Assembly: GCA_036574205.1 (NCBI GenBank)
Contig: JAINCQ010000037.1
Span: 1-64,000, forward strand
DNA from: Elusimicrobiota bacterium
GTDB lineage: Bacteria; Elusimicrobiota; Elusimicrobia; Elusimicrobiales; UBA9959
DNA length: 64,000 bases
Direction of reading: 5' to 3'
Below are positions 27,555 to 36,161 of the stretch, in pieces (position 1 is the stretch's first letter; each line of letters begins with the position of its first letter). The translations under genes and the position numbers were made by a program. Below the pieces are notes generated by a model. That model made no database searches. It saw only the letters and a program-made list of their open reading frames with translations, and was not told where the DNA came from.

Positions 27555-30500
27555 TTATCTTTCAATTGCCAGCTTTATTGTTTTTTTGCCAACCCTTGAT
27601 TTTATAACACATAAATAAACTCCACTTCCAACAAGTTGTCCGCTTGAATTTTTCCCATGCCAGTAAGCTGTTCCAGTTGCATCTGCTGCTGTCTCATAAA
27701 CTTTTTGTCCGCTTATTGTATATATTGTTAGTTTTGCATCATCTGGAAGATTTGTTATCGTTATCATCCCCTGTCCTGGTCTATTTGGATAAAATGGATT
27801 TGGAAAAACTTTTATGTTATTTAAGTCTGAAGATGGCTGAACTAAAATAAGCTGATATATGCTGAAATGATTTAATTCAGCAGTTATTTTCCTTAATCCT
27901 TCGTTTATTGTTGTTTTAACAGGTAGACATTGACCAGTCTGGGGATTATATCTTGCTAGAACAACTCTTGATTTATTTGTATGTATATCTGGTGGAGAGC
28001 TTGGATTTACTGCTTCTGATGAAAAGTAATCAAAAGTAAAGGTAATGGGAACATATGGTTGCTCATTTGCGTATATCCCAAATGTTATTGTACTTCCACC
28101 AAAAGTGTATCCACAGTTATTTGAATCTAATTTTGCTATAGCAATTGGTTGCGGGGTAGTAAAAGATTCTTTTGGAATAAATAATACAACAGGCCTGTTG
28201 TCTATTAAATTTCCGCTTATAGTTGTGTCCTCAGATGGGCTTGTAAGTCCTGATATTGAAGCAGGTGGGGCTCCTTGTGGCCCGGGAAGAGTTACAGCTG
28301 GCGTGGTTGTTTGTATCCTTGCTGTTTCAACTCCTTCAGCATTTCTTGCGGCAACATCAAAATAATATGTAGTTCTTATCCATAATCCATTTACGGTGTA
28401 ACTAGTATCTTTGTATTCACTTCCAAAAGGAATAGGGGTTGAGATAAAAGGCGATTCAAAACTTACACTCGTAGCTCTTAATTCGTATATTGTTTCAGGA
28501 GAATTTTCCTGAGGATCCCAGTTGACTGTTACACCGGTCAAAGAAACAGAAGATACATAAACCCTGGCAACTTCTTGAGCAAGAGTGTATTTTGAGCCAA
28601 GAGATGCTGCTTCCTCTGTCATCCTTCCCTCTTTATTTATAGCATAAACTCTTGCGTAATATCTACGATTTGGTTTTAAATCTCTGGCATACTCTGAAAC
28701 TATTGGCAGTGTTGTTGAATCAGGAGTAACCTCATAACTGGTATAATTTGAAAATGTTGGTGTTTCAGATATATCAAGCCTATATCTTGTATTTATGCCT
28801 TTTTCTATATCTGCATCATTTCCATTTGAATCCCAGCTTACTTTAAAACTTCCTGTTGTTATGTATGTAAAAACATTTGGTTGAGCTGGGGATGGAACTG
28901 CGGCAAGCGTATAGACTGGCTCTGATATAGAAAAAGGTCCATAAACAAGTTCTCCATATGTCTGGGCATCCTGTTTGTATGACCTTACTTTTACCTGATA
29001 TGCGGTGTTGGTGGAAAGTCCAATCTGAGTATAATAAGGATAAGATGTGGAACTTAAAAAGACTGAAACATCTATTGTAGATTTAAAAATAGGGTCATTT
29101 GGATCTATTCCTATACGGTATTCATATATTTCATATCCGCTAGCGCCACCGGCTTTGTTCCATGACCATTTGATTGATGTAGTTGTCATTGGTGTTCCAC
29201 TGAGTCCAACTATATTTCCAACTGTTATTGTTGATACGGGAGTATTAAACGTTGACGACACCCCTGTACAGTTTTGATTTGGATTTTGAGTGTCATAAAC
29301 AGTTTCTACTCCATTTCCATTTCTTGCCTTAACTCTGAAATAATATCGGTTATTTGGTTCTAAGTTTCTTATAGTGAATTTTGTGTCTTTATAATTATTT
29401 ACAAAAGACAATGCTACTGAATACTCTGAAAAATTAGGATATGTTGATATATCCACCCTATATGGTGTAAAATCTGGATTGTTCCCGTTTGAATCCCATT
29501 CTATTTCAACAGTGTCAAAACTGGCGTAATTTACCCTTGTACATGAAGGCGGATTGGCTTTAGTATATACCGTACTTACTGCTACTGCAAATGTTGATGG
29601 ATCTGAAAATCCGCCTATGTTATAACAACCAACTTTTATGCTTGATGGGGTATTTGGTAAAAGTCCCTGCTGGTAATATGTTGCAGGGGCGCTTAAAGGA
29701 GATGGAAATGGAACAGTTGTTATAAAAACATTTGAAGCAGAAAATATTGCAAAACCATTAGAATTGCCTTCAGTTTGTAAATTCCAGTTCCATCTTATAC
29801 TGGTTGTGCTCGCTGATTCCTCTGCAACAAGGTTTGTTATGGTGCAGATTGGTCTTGGTGTTGAAGCCTGAACCATATATCCATCAGAACAAATTCCAGC
29901 ATTACAAACATAGAGATAATACCAACCATATGGAAGTTCTTGAGGAGTTGTTGGTGTTTTAACTATTATAGTTGAAAGAGTTACGTTCCAGTTTAATGCA
30001 TTAAAAGTTGAGATATAAATCTGAGAAGAGAGATCTATCATAAATTCATTATTTATTCCTCTTAAAATAACCCTTGGCTTTCCAAAATCTGATTGATGAC
30101 CACCTGAACCTGAATTTGATGCATCTGAAACTGAATGTAGATTTGAATATGAACTATAAATAGTAATATAATCTCCTCTATCAAATCTTAAGGTTGCGCT
30201 TGAGATATGAGGTTTTCTTGTTGTTAATGTGTCATAACCATATATATCTGGTTCATCAAAAAGATAATATTTTCCTTTTACATTGTCGGTATAGTCTGTT
30301 CCAGTCCATCCGCCAGTAACCATAACATAATTGGATGGCAGAAGAACGCTTGAATGTCTTATTAATTTTTCGGTATCACCGAAAAGCGCTTCATTTCTTG
30401 AGTAATAAAAATCGGTTATAAAGTTTTTAGCCGTATATTCAATAAGGCTTCCAGATGTGATTTTTTCTCCTCCAGTAATTAATATCCTTTTATTTGGTAA

Positions 30501-33500
30501 AAGTATACTTGAATGGTTTGATACTTCTGCTGCAGATATATCATCTTCTCCATCACCAAGTACTTGCCATGTAGATCCATTAAAAACCTCAACCTTATCT
30601 ATTGTCCATTCGCCTCTATTTCCGCCAAAGATAAGGACCCGTCCATCATCCATTAAATGAGCGGTATGGGAATGTCTTTTATAATTTATACTTCCTGGTG
30701 AAGAAAATGTATTTGTGGCTGGATCATATATTTCATAACTTGATAAAACATCTGTTGCATTTATTCCACCAACTATTATAACTCTTCCATCTTTCATCAA
30801 AGTGGCGGTATGTTTTGTTCTTGGATTTGCCATGGAGCCAACTGGAATAAAAATATTTGCTGTAGTTATAAAAAGCTCAGCTGAGCTCAAGTATGTTCCA
30901 GAAGAAACTCCGCCGGTTATAAGAACATTCCCATTTGGAAGGAGGGTTTGAGTGTGTCCAGCTCTTTTATAATTCATCCTGGCTGTTGGGACAAAGGTTT
31001 TAACTGAGGGATAATATATTTCTGCTGAATCAAGTGCTTGAGACTGATTGACATCTCCCTGAACTCCGCCTGTTATAAGAACAGTTCCATTTGGAAGAAG
31101 TGTGTCTCTATGATATGCTCTTGCTTCGGTCATTGTTGAGACAATTGTCCATAAGTCAAGATATTTGTTATATTCTTCACAGATATCAAGGCTTTGTTTC
31201 CCGTCAGTTCCTCCACATACAATCACAGTCCCGTCGTTTAGAACTGTAGTTGTGTGATTAGCTCTTTTAACTTTAAGTCTTGAGAAATCCTTCCATTTAT
31301 CAGATAATTGTTTAATAAGTAGGAAAGCTATGTTAGATGAATAAAATGTCGGGTCAGTTCTAAGACAGTCATTAGCTGGATCTGATTCGCAGTTTCTTCC
31401 ACCTCCTATAATTGGTGTCCCGGATTCTGATATGTTTCCAGTATGATCAAATATTGGGTATGGCTTAAGATAATCTAGAGTAAGTATTTCATCTGGATCA
31501 AAATAAAATTGATTAGTTTTTGGATTAAAGTATGTAATATCAGAGAAAAGCATATCCCTTACAACAGCTCTTGATTCACCTGTATTTATTGTAACACCTT
31601 CACTAGGAGTATTGTAATAAATACCATCTGAAATAAAAGAAAGTTTTACTGTTAAAGAATTTATATTATTTCCGATAAGGCAGTTTTGTATTTCTGTGTT
31701 GTCTAAGGTATAATCTGTAGTATTGGATATCACTCCTGTAAGATTTGAAAATGTTGCACCTGGAAATAAAATATTTTGTCCTGAAACCGGTGCAATGGCA
31801 TCTGAACTCATATCTCCTGCCGATAGTGTTAAATTGCATAAATCACTTGAAAAAGAAAGAGATTTAATAAACATTCTTCCTGTTATGTTATAGCCATTAA
31901 ACATTTTTAATTCTTCAGGAAGTTGGAGCGTTGTGTTCCCAAGAGTTATACTACATCCCGCACAGTCAGAAAACTCTAAAATTTCTCCGCTTGGAATGCT
32001 CGGGGTTAAAGAGCTAAAATCAGCAGTTGAAATTTGAGGGGAATTTAAATTGGTTAATTCTAAAGGATAAAAATAAACTGTAGCGTTTACTTGTAATGGA
32101 TCGGGGGAACTTTTAAGAACAAGATCAGCTTTTAATCTTCTTATTAAATTTCCATTTTCATCATAATATCCAACTGAGGCACCATCTAATTCTGCAGTAG
32201 TCTTGCCTAAGAATATATCCATATTTCCTATTTTTATTGATGGTTTAGGTGGATTAGTAGGTGTGGGTGGTTCATAAAATATATCTCCGTTTATTATTCT
32301 TCCAGTAACTGGTCTTGAAAGTTCTAAATCTTCCTCAAAGCTTACTGTTCCAGATATTGGACCTGTTAGTATCCTTACATCAGACATATCTCCACTCATT
32401 TCCATAGATGAATAATCAAATGTTATAGGCGAGTATGAAGTCAATGAACGTGGCTGAAAGTATGTTACCGGTATATTTCCTCTTCCGCCAAATAATACGA
32501 GTATTCCATCAGGTTTTAACATGGAAAATTGATTTGAAATTCTATATGGTAGAAGTTTATATTGATTGGCTTCTACTGGAACCCTTGCCCCATTTTTATC
32601 AAATATTTCCATAGCATCAACAAATCCCCATGTCCCATGATTTTGTCCTTCTTGTATTTCTTGAGAATCATTATCTTTGCTTTCTATATCATAACCATTA
32701 TATTCATTATAACCACCTATTATGGCAACATTGCTGTTATTTAAAACAACAGCTGAATGATAGATTCTTGAAAAAAATAGAGGTTCTGGAGAAGGAGTAA
32801 AGCTATTCGTTATAGGGTCATATATCTCTTGAGTCGGAGTAAAAGTTGCTGGATTTCCAAGCTGGGTTATTCCACCTGACATCAATACCTTTCCATTAGA
32901 AAGAAGTGAAGCCGTGTGTCCAAACCTTGAAGATGTCATATTTGGTCCAGATTTAAATTGAGTGGTTGATGTTATAAATATTTCACAAGAATTTGTTACA
33001 GTTCCAGCATTAGATTGTCCTCCACATATCAAGACATTTCCTGACTCAGGACCTACAGTTAAAAGCGTTGCTGTGTGCCCTGCTCTTTGCAATAACATAG
33101 TATTGACTATTGGAGAGCATGTATATGGTGGTGATGAAAGACATATTTCAGCTGAGTTTGTTGGTGTTCCGGTTGATATTAGATTTTTTGGGAAGTTATT
33201 GGTATACGGTGAAGGTGGATTGGTTGGATAATGAAAAGAAATTGATGTATAACCTCCTGCTACAAGAATTCTGCCATCTGGAAGCAATGTCATAGTATGA
33301 TTTGTTCTTGAAGTATTTAGAGTTTTTGTCAGGAATGGTGTTCCACCTGCTGATGTTATTATAGGTGTTGAAATTTTTATTAAACATTGATTTGTAACAG
33401 TATTTATACCTGTAACCCCACCACATGTCATTGTATTTGCATTTGGAAGAAGAACTGAAGCAGTGTTAAATTGAGAAAAAAGATTAACTGAACATAATAA

Positions 33501-33536
33501 GATAAACAGAAATAAAATATCCTTCATATTTTTCAT
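27555..33536 (-). CDS. 1993-aa secreted protein: kelch repeats, FN3 repeats and a T9SS-type-A-like C-terminal domain
   Basis: Signal peptide; many R..HT.TLL..G.VL..GG repeats; L.PN..YYFRV.A.N FN3 units; VFPNPF...IYTISGQKV...SGVY tail. Confidence 0.85.
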   Translation of the reverse strand: MKNMKDILFLFILLCSVNLFSQFNTASVLLPNANTMTCGGVTGINTVTNQCLIKISTPIITSAGGTPFLTKTLNTSRTNHTMTLLPDGRILVAGGYTSISFHYPTNPPSPYTNNFPKNLISTGTPTNSAEICLSSPPYTCSPIVNTMLLQRAGHTATLLTVGPESGNVLICGGQSNAGTVTNSCEIFITSTTQFKSGPNMTSSRFGHTASLLSNGKVLMSGGITQLGNPATFTPTQEIYDPITNSFTPSPEPLFFSRIYHSAVVLNNSNVAIIGGYNEYNGYDIESKDNDSQEIQEGQNHGTWGFVDAMEIFDKNGARVPVEANQYKLLPYRISNQFSMLKPDGILVLFGGRGNIPVTYFQPRSLTSYSPITFDYSSMEMSGDMSDVRILTGPISGTVSFEEDLELSRPVTGRIINGDIFYEPPTPTNPPKPSIKIGNMDIFLGKTTAELDGASVGYYDENGNLIRRLKADLVLKSSPDPLQVNATVYFYPLELTNLNSPQISTADFSSLTPSIPSGEILEFSDCAGCSITLGNTTLQLPEELKMFNGYNITGRMFIKSLSFSSDLCNLTLSAGDMSSDAIAPVSGQNILFPGATFSNLTGVISNTTDYTLDNTEIQNCLIGNNINSLTVKLSFISDGIYYNTPSEGVTINTGESRAVVRDMLFSDITYFNPKTNQFYFDPDEILTLDYLKPYPIFDHTGNISESGTPIIGGGRNCESDPANDCLRTDPTFYSSNIAFLLIKQLSDKWKDFSRLKVKRANHTTTVLNDGTVIVCGGTDGKQSLDICEEYNKYLDLWTIVSTMTEARAYHRDTLLPNGTVLITGGVQGDVNQSQALDSAEIYYPSVKTFVPTARMNYKRAGHTQTLLPNGNVLITGGVSSGTYLSSAELFITTANIFIPVGSMANPRTKHTATLMKDGRVIIVGGINATDVLSSYEIYDPATNTFSSPGSINYKRHSHTAHLMDDGRVLIFGGNRGEWTIDKVEVFNGSTWQVLGDGEDDISAAEVSNHSSILLPNKRILITGGEKITSGSLIEYTAKNFITDFYYSRNEALFGDTEKLIRHSSVLLPSNYVMVTGGWTGTDYTDNVKGKYYLFDEPDIYGYDTLTTRKPHISSATLRFDRGDYITIYSSYSNLHSVSDASNSGSGGHQSDFGKPRVILRGINNEFMIDLSSQIYISTFNALNWNVTLSTIIVKTPTTPQELPYGWYYLYVCNAGICSDGYMVQASTPRPICTITNLVAEESASTTSIRWNWNLQTEGNSNGFAIFSASNVFITTVPFPSPLSAPATYYQQGLLPNTPSSIKVGCYNIGGFSDPSTFAVAVSTVYTKANPPSCTRVNYASFDTVEIEWDSNGNNPDFTPYRVDISTYPNFSEYSVALSFVNNYKDTKFTIRNLEPNNRYYFRVKARNGNGVETVYDTQNPNQNCTGVSSTFNTPVSTITVGNIVGLSGTPMTTTSIKWSWNKAGGASGYEIYEYRIGIDPNDPIFKSTIDVSVFLSSTSYPYYTQIGLSTNTAYQVKVRSYKQDAQTYGELVYGPFSISEPVYTLAAVPSPAQPNVFTYITTGSFKVSWDSNGNDADIEKGINTRYRLDISETPTFSNYTSYEVTPDSTTLPIVSEYARDLKPNRRYYARVYAINKEGRMTEEAASLGSKYTLAQEVARVYVSSVSLTGVTVNWDPQENSPETIYELRATSVSFESPFISTPIPFGSEYKDTSYTVNGLWIRTTYYFDVAARNAEGVETARIQTTTPAVTLPGPQGAPPASISGLTSPSEDTTISGNLIDNRPVVLFIPKESFTTPQPIAIAKLDSNNCGYTFGGSTITFGIYANEQPYVPITFTFDYFSSEAVNPSSPPDIHTNKSRVVLARYNPQTGQCLPVKTTINEGLRKITAELNHFSIYQLILVQPSSDLNNIKVFPNPFYPNRPGQGMITITNLPDDAKLTIYTISGQKVYETAADATGTAYWHGKNSSGQLVGSGVYLCVIKSRVGKKTIKLAIER

Positions 33537-33588
33537 CTATATATATAATAGCAAAATTTTATTAAAAAAATATTAAACTTTTGTAAAA

Positions 33589-34095
33589 TCATTTAACTTC
33601 TAAAATTGAGTATTTCCCATCTTTTGTTTTATTTGCTTTTGGATCTAAAACTTTATTCCCGTCAACAATAAAAAAATATCTATACTCGCCAGGATCTTTT
33701 ATAAAAACTTCATACTCCCACTCTCCCGCATTTACTTTCTTCATATCTTTTTCTTTCCATCCGAAAAAACTTGCATTTATTTTTACTTTTTTAGCCTTTT
33801 TATTCTGATATTTGATTTTTATTTTTTGTGACTTTAAGGTGTGATTTTGCTTCTGAGCTTCAGGAGTTATTTGCTGATTTATTGGAGAAGTATCGGTTTT
33901 AACTTCGTTTTTTTGATCTGCTGTTTCATTTAGCTTAATTTGTTCGGCTGGTGAGTTTTTTTTAACAATTTTCGCCTCAGATATTTCAATCGTATCACCA
34001 TAAAGATATACACTAACTCTATTATAAATCATTTTTCCCGAAAAAACCATCAATATTACAGTTATAATTATTTTTAAAATTAATTTATTTTTCAT
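33589..34095 (-). CDS. Membrane-anchored glycogen-binding (AMPK-beta/CBM48-like) domain protein
   Basis: N-terminal TM; AKKV...ASFFGW...M...GEW...PGEYRYFFIVDG..VLDP. Confidence 0.78.
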   Translation of the reverse strand: MKNKLILKIIITVILMVFSGKMIYNRVSVYLYGDTIEISEAKIVKKNSPAEQIKLNETADQKNEVKTDTSPINQQITPEAQKQNHTLKSQKIKIKYQNKKAKKVKINASFFGWKEKDMKKVNAGEWEYEVFIKDPGEYRYFFIVDGNKVLDPKANKTKDGKYSILEVK

Positions 34096-34171
34096 ATTTA
34101 CCTCGCAAGCTTATATATAGAAACTCCCCTTTGCATAAATATTACCTTCCGTGACGATTTAATTGCTATAT

Positions 34172-34256
34172 CCTCTCTCCTTTTTTGGAGAGGGTTAGGG
34201 GGAGGAAATTTATTTTTCACCCTCATCCTTCACCTTCCCCCATCAAGGGGGAAGGA
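34172..34256. repeat. Inverted pair of boxC-like palindromic elements
   Basis: CTCTCC-TTTTTT-GGAGAG-GGTTAGGGGGAGG, then CCCTCATCCTTCA-CCTTCCCCC-ATCAA-GGGGGAAGG in the opposite orientation. Confidence 0.6.
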
Positions 34257-34284
34257 ATTTTAATATCTCAAAAGAACTCTCTCA

Positions 34285-34699
34285 GAGATAAATTTTGCTC
34301 ACCGCTCATTTTTTCTCAAACCCTTGCTCCTCGCAAAACTGTAAGCGCAAGTTTTGCTGCGGACTTTCAAGTCACGCATAACCTTGTCGGCTTGCGCGAC
34401 CCCGCCTCGTTCGCCTGCATTGCCCAAAGCGAACTGCGGCCTTGCGAACAGCACGCGAAACCGTTTGAGGTTTCGCTCTAAAGGCAGTCCTCACCCGTGC
34501 AAAGCCAAACCATTGGGTTTGCTCAGAACCAGCAAGCGGGCGATGGGAATCGGTTGCAAATAAAATTCGCTCACCGCTCATTTTTTCGCAACCCGCCCCT
34601 CGTCCGACTGTATAGCCAAAGTCGGACTGCGGGCTTTCGATTCCCACGCAAAGCCTATCGGCTTTGCTCAGAACCAGCAAGCGGGCGATGGGAATCGAA
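34285..34699 (-). repeat. GC-rich modular hairpin array downstream of tRNA-Gly, putative structured RNA
   Basis: Three CCTCG-stem-CTGCGG modules, four GC-stem-GC hairpins, two GCTCACCGCTCATTTT modules; stem sequences differ but stay paired. Confidence 0.75.
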
Positions 34700-34814
34700 C
34701 CCTATGCCGCTATGGTTGCTCAAATAGAGCTTCCCAGCGGGCGATGGGAATCGAACCCTGTGCCGCTATGGTCGCTCAAATAGAGCTTCCCAGCGGGCGA
34801 TGGGAATCGAACCC
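34680..34814 (-). repeat. 56-bp tandem repeat containing the 23-nt tRNA-Gly 3' end
   Basis: AGCGGGCGATGGGAATCGAACCC begins at 34680, 34736 and 34792; the two 33-bp spacers differ at 2 positions. Confidence 0.95.
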
Positions 34815-34862
34815 ACGTCTAAAGCTTGGGAAGCTCTCGTTCTACCATTGAACTACGCCCGC
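34792..34862 (-). tRNA. tRNA-Gly(CCC), CCA not encoded
   Basis: GCGGGCG acceptor stem, D arm, AGAGC-TTCCCAA-GCTTT anticodon arm, GGTTCGATTCC T arm, U discriminator. Confidence 0.97.
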
Positions 34863-34897
34863 ATCTTATTATACCTTTATAAAATTATACTAAAAAA

Positions 34898-35443
34898 TCA
34901 TCTATTTTTTATTAAACTCAAAAATTCATTTCTTATTTTTTCGTCTTTTTCAAAACAACCAAGCATTGAACTAGTTATAGCTATTGATGTTTCATTCCTT
35001 ACTCCTCTTGATGTCATGCACAGATGTTGAGCCTCTATTATAACTCCAACCCCTTTTGGTTTTATTTTCTCAAATATAGTTTTTGATATTTCAACAGTAA
35101 GCCTTTCTTGAATTTGTAGCCTTCTTGAAAAAACTTCTACAATTCTAGGAATTTTGGAAAGGCCTATTATAACTCCATCTGGAATATATGCAACATGTGC
35201 CTTGCCAAAAAATGGAAGAAGGTGGTGTTCACAAGTCGAATAAAATGTTATGTCTTTTACTATAACCATCTCTTTATAATCAACTTTGAAAAAAGCGCCG
35301 TTTAAAACTTTATCTATATCCTGAGAATACCCACTAAAAATTTCACCCAATGCCTTCCTTACCCTTTCCGGGGTTTTTATAAGACCTTCCCTTTTCGGAT
35401 TATCCCCTATCTTTTTAATTAGTTCTTCTATGTTTTTTTCCAT
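34898..35443 (-). CDS. folE: GTP cyclohydrolase I
   Basis: TPERV, CEHHLLPF, GLSKIPR, RLQIQERL and HLCMTSRG motifs. Confidence 0.97.
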   Translation of the reverse strand: MEKNIEELIKKIGDNPKREGLIKTPERVRKALGEIFSGYSQDIDKVLNGAFFKVDYKEMVIVKDITFYSTCEHHLLPFFGKAHVAYIPDGVIIGLSKIPRIVEVFSRRLQIQERLTVEISKTIFEKIKPKGVGVIIEAQHLCMTSRGVRNETSIAITSSMLGCFEKDEKIRNEFLSLIKNR

Positions 35444-35508
35444 AAAATAATTTTATCAAATTTAAGATATTATTTTAAACTTTTTTATTATTTATTTACT
35501 ATTGGATT

Positions 35509-36045
35509 TTATTTTTTACCAGAGTTTGCTATGTAAAGCCATTTTGAAGAGGCAGATACTTTATTTGAAGCCTTTAAAGCTTCGTCAAGGGATTTGTTAA
35601 TTTCAATAAAATTTTTATTTAATATAATTAACTCCTTTCCTTTTGATTTTTTGTTTGAGGGAGACATCCTGTATTTTGGTGTATTTTTTTGTGAAATTAG
35701 CTTTTTTACCTTTAATAATTTTACTCTTATTTTGTTAGAATATAGTTTCATTAATTTAAAATACTTTAAATTTTCTTTATCTACTTTTAAATCTATTAGC
35801 ATAGCACGTTGTTTTAACGCTATTTTTTCCATATCATTTTTAGCACATATTAATTCTTCTGCTGATATTTTGCTATTTGGATTTGATAATATTTTATCAA
35901 GAGCATTATCTACCTTTACAAAATCAAATAAGATTGCTTCAAATTCATTATCATAAGTATTAGTTTGGATGTTTTTAGAAAAAGATGTTTTTACAAATAA
36001 GAATGTTGTGGCAGATAATATTATAATAATTTTTATAACTTTCAT
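35509..36045 (-). CDS. Hypothetical exported protein
   Basis: 178-aa ORF with an AGGAG SD and a signal-peptide-like N-terminus. Confidence 0.6.
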   Translation of the reverse strand: MKVIKIIIILSATTFLFVKTSFSKNIQTNTYDNEFEAILFDFVKVDNALDKILSNPNSKISAEELICAKNDMEKIALKQRAMLIDLKVDKENLKYFKLMKLYSNKIRVKLLKVKKLISQKNTPKYRMSPSNKKSKGKELIILNKNFIEINKSLDEALKASNKVSASSKWLYIANSGKK

Positions 36046-36161
36046 AAATTACTCCTATAAATATTACTCGATTAATAAAAAAGCTTAGTGAACTCTAATT
36101 ATTTTATATATCATCTTTTTTGATTATAAAAGGGGCAATGGTTTTAAGAAAAAATGGGACC

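Noticed and set aside
34630..34700. A second tRNA on the plus strand (TTCGATTCCC)
   Set aside because: Only a T-loop-like fragment; no D arm or acceptor stem can be built
34680..34814. CRISPR-like geometry (23-bp repeats, 33-bp spacers)
   Set aside because: Spacers are near-identical (2 differences), the repeat is the tRNA 3' end, and there are no cas genes
34535..34814. tRNA 3'-end duplications as attL/attR of an integrated element
   Set aside because: Copies are only 56-145 bp apart, with no integrase or cargo between them
34185..35030. Short ORFs over the GC-rich region (34185-34481, 34354-34563, 34372-34680, 34497-34727, 34800-35030)
   Set aside because: They overlap hairpin repeats, the tRNA or folE; open frames are explained by locally high GC and no protein motifs are visible
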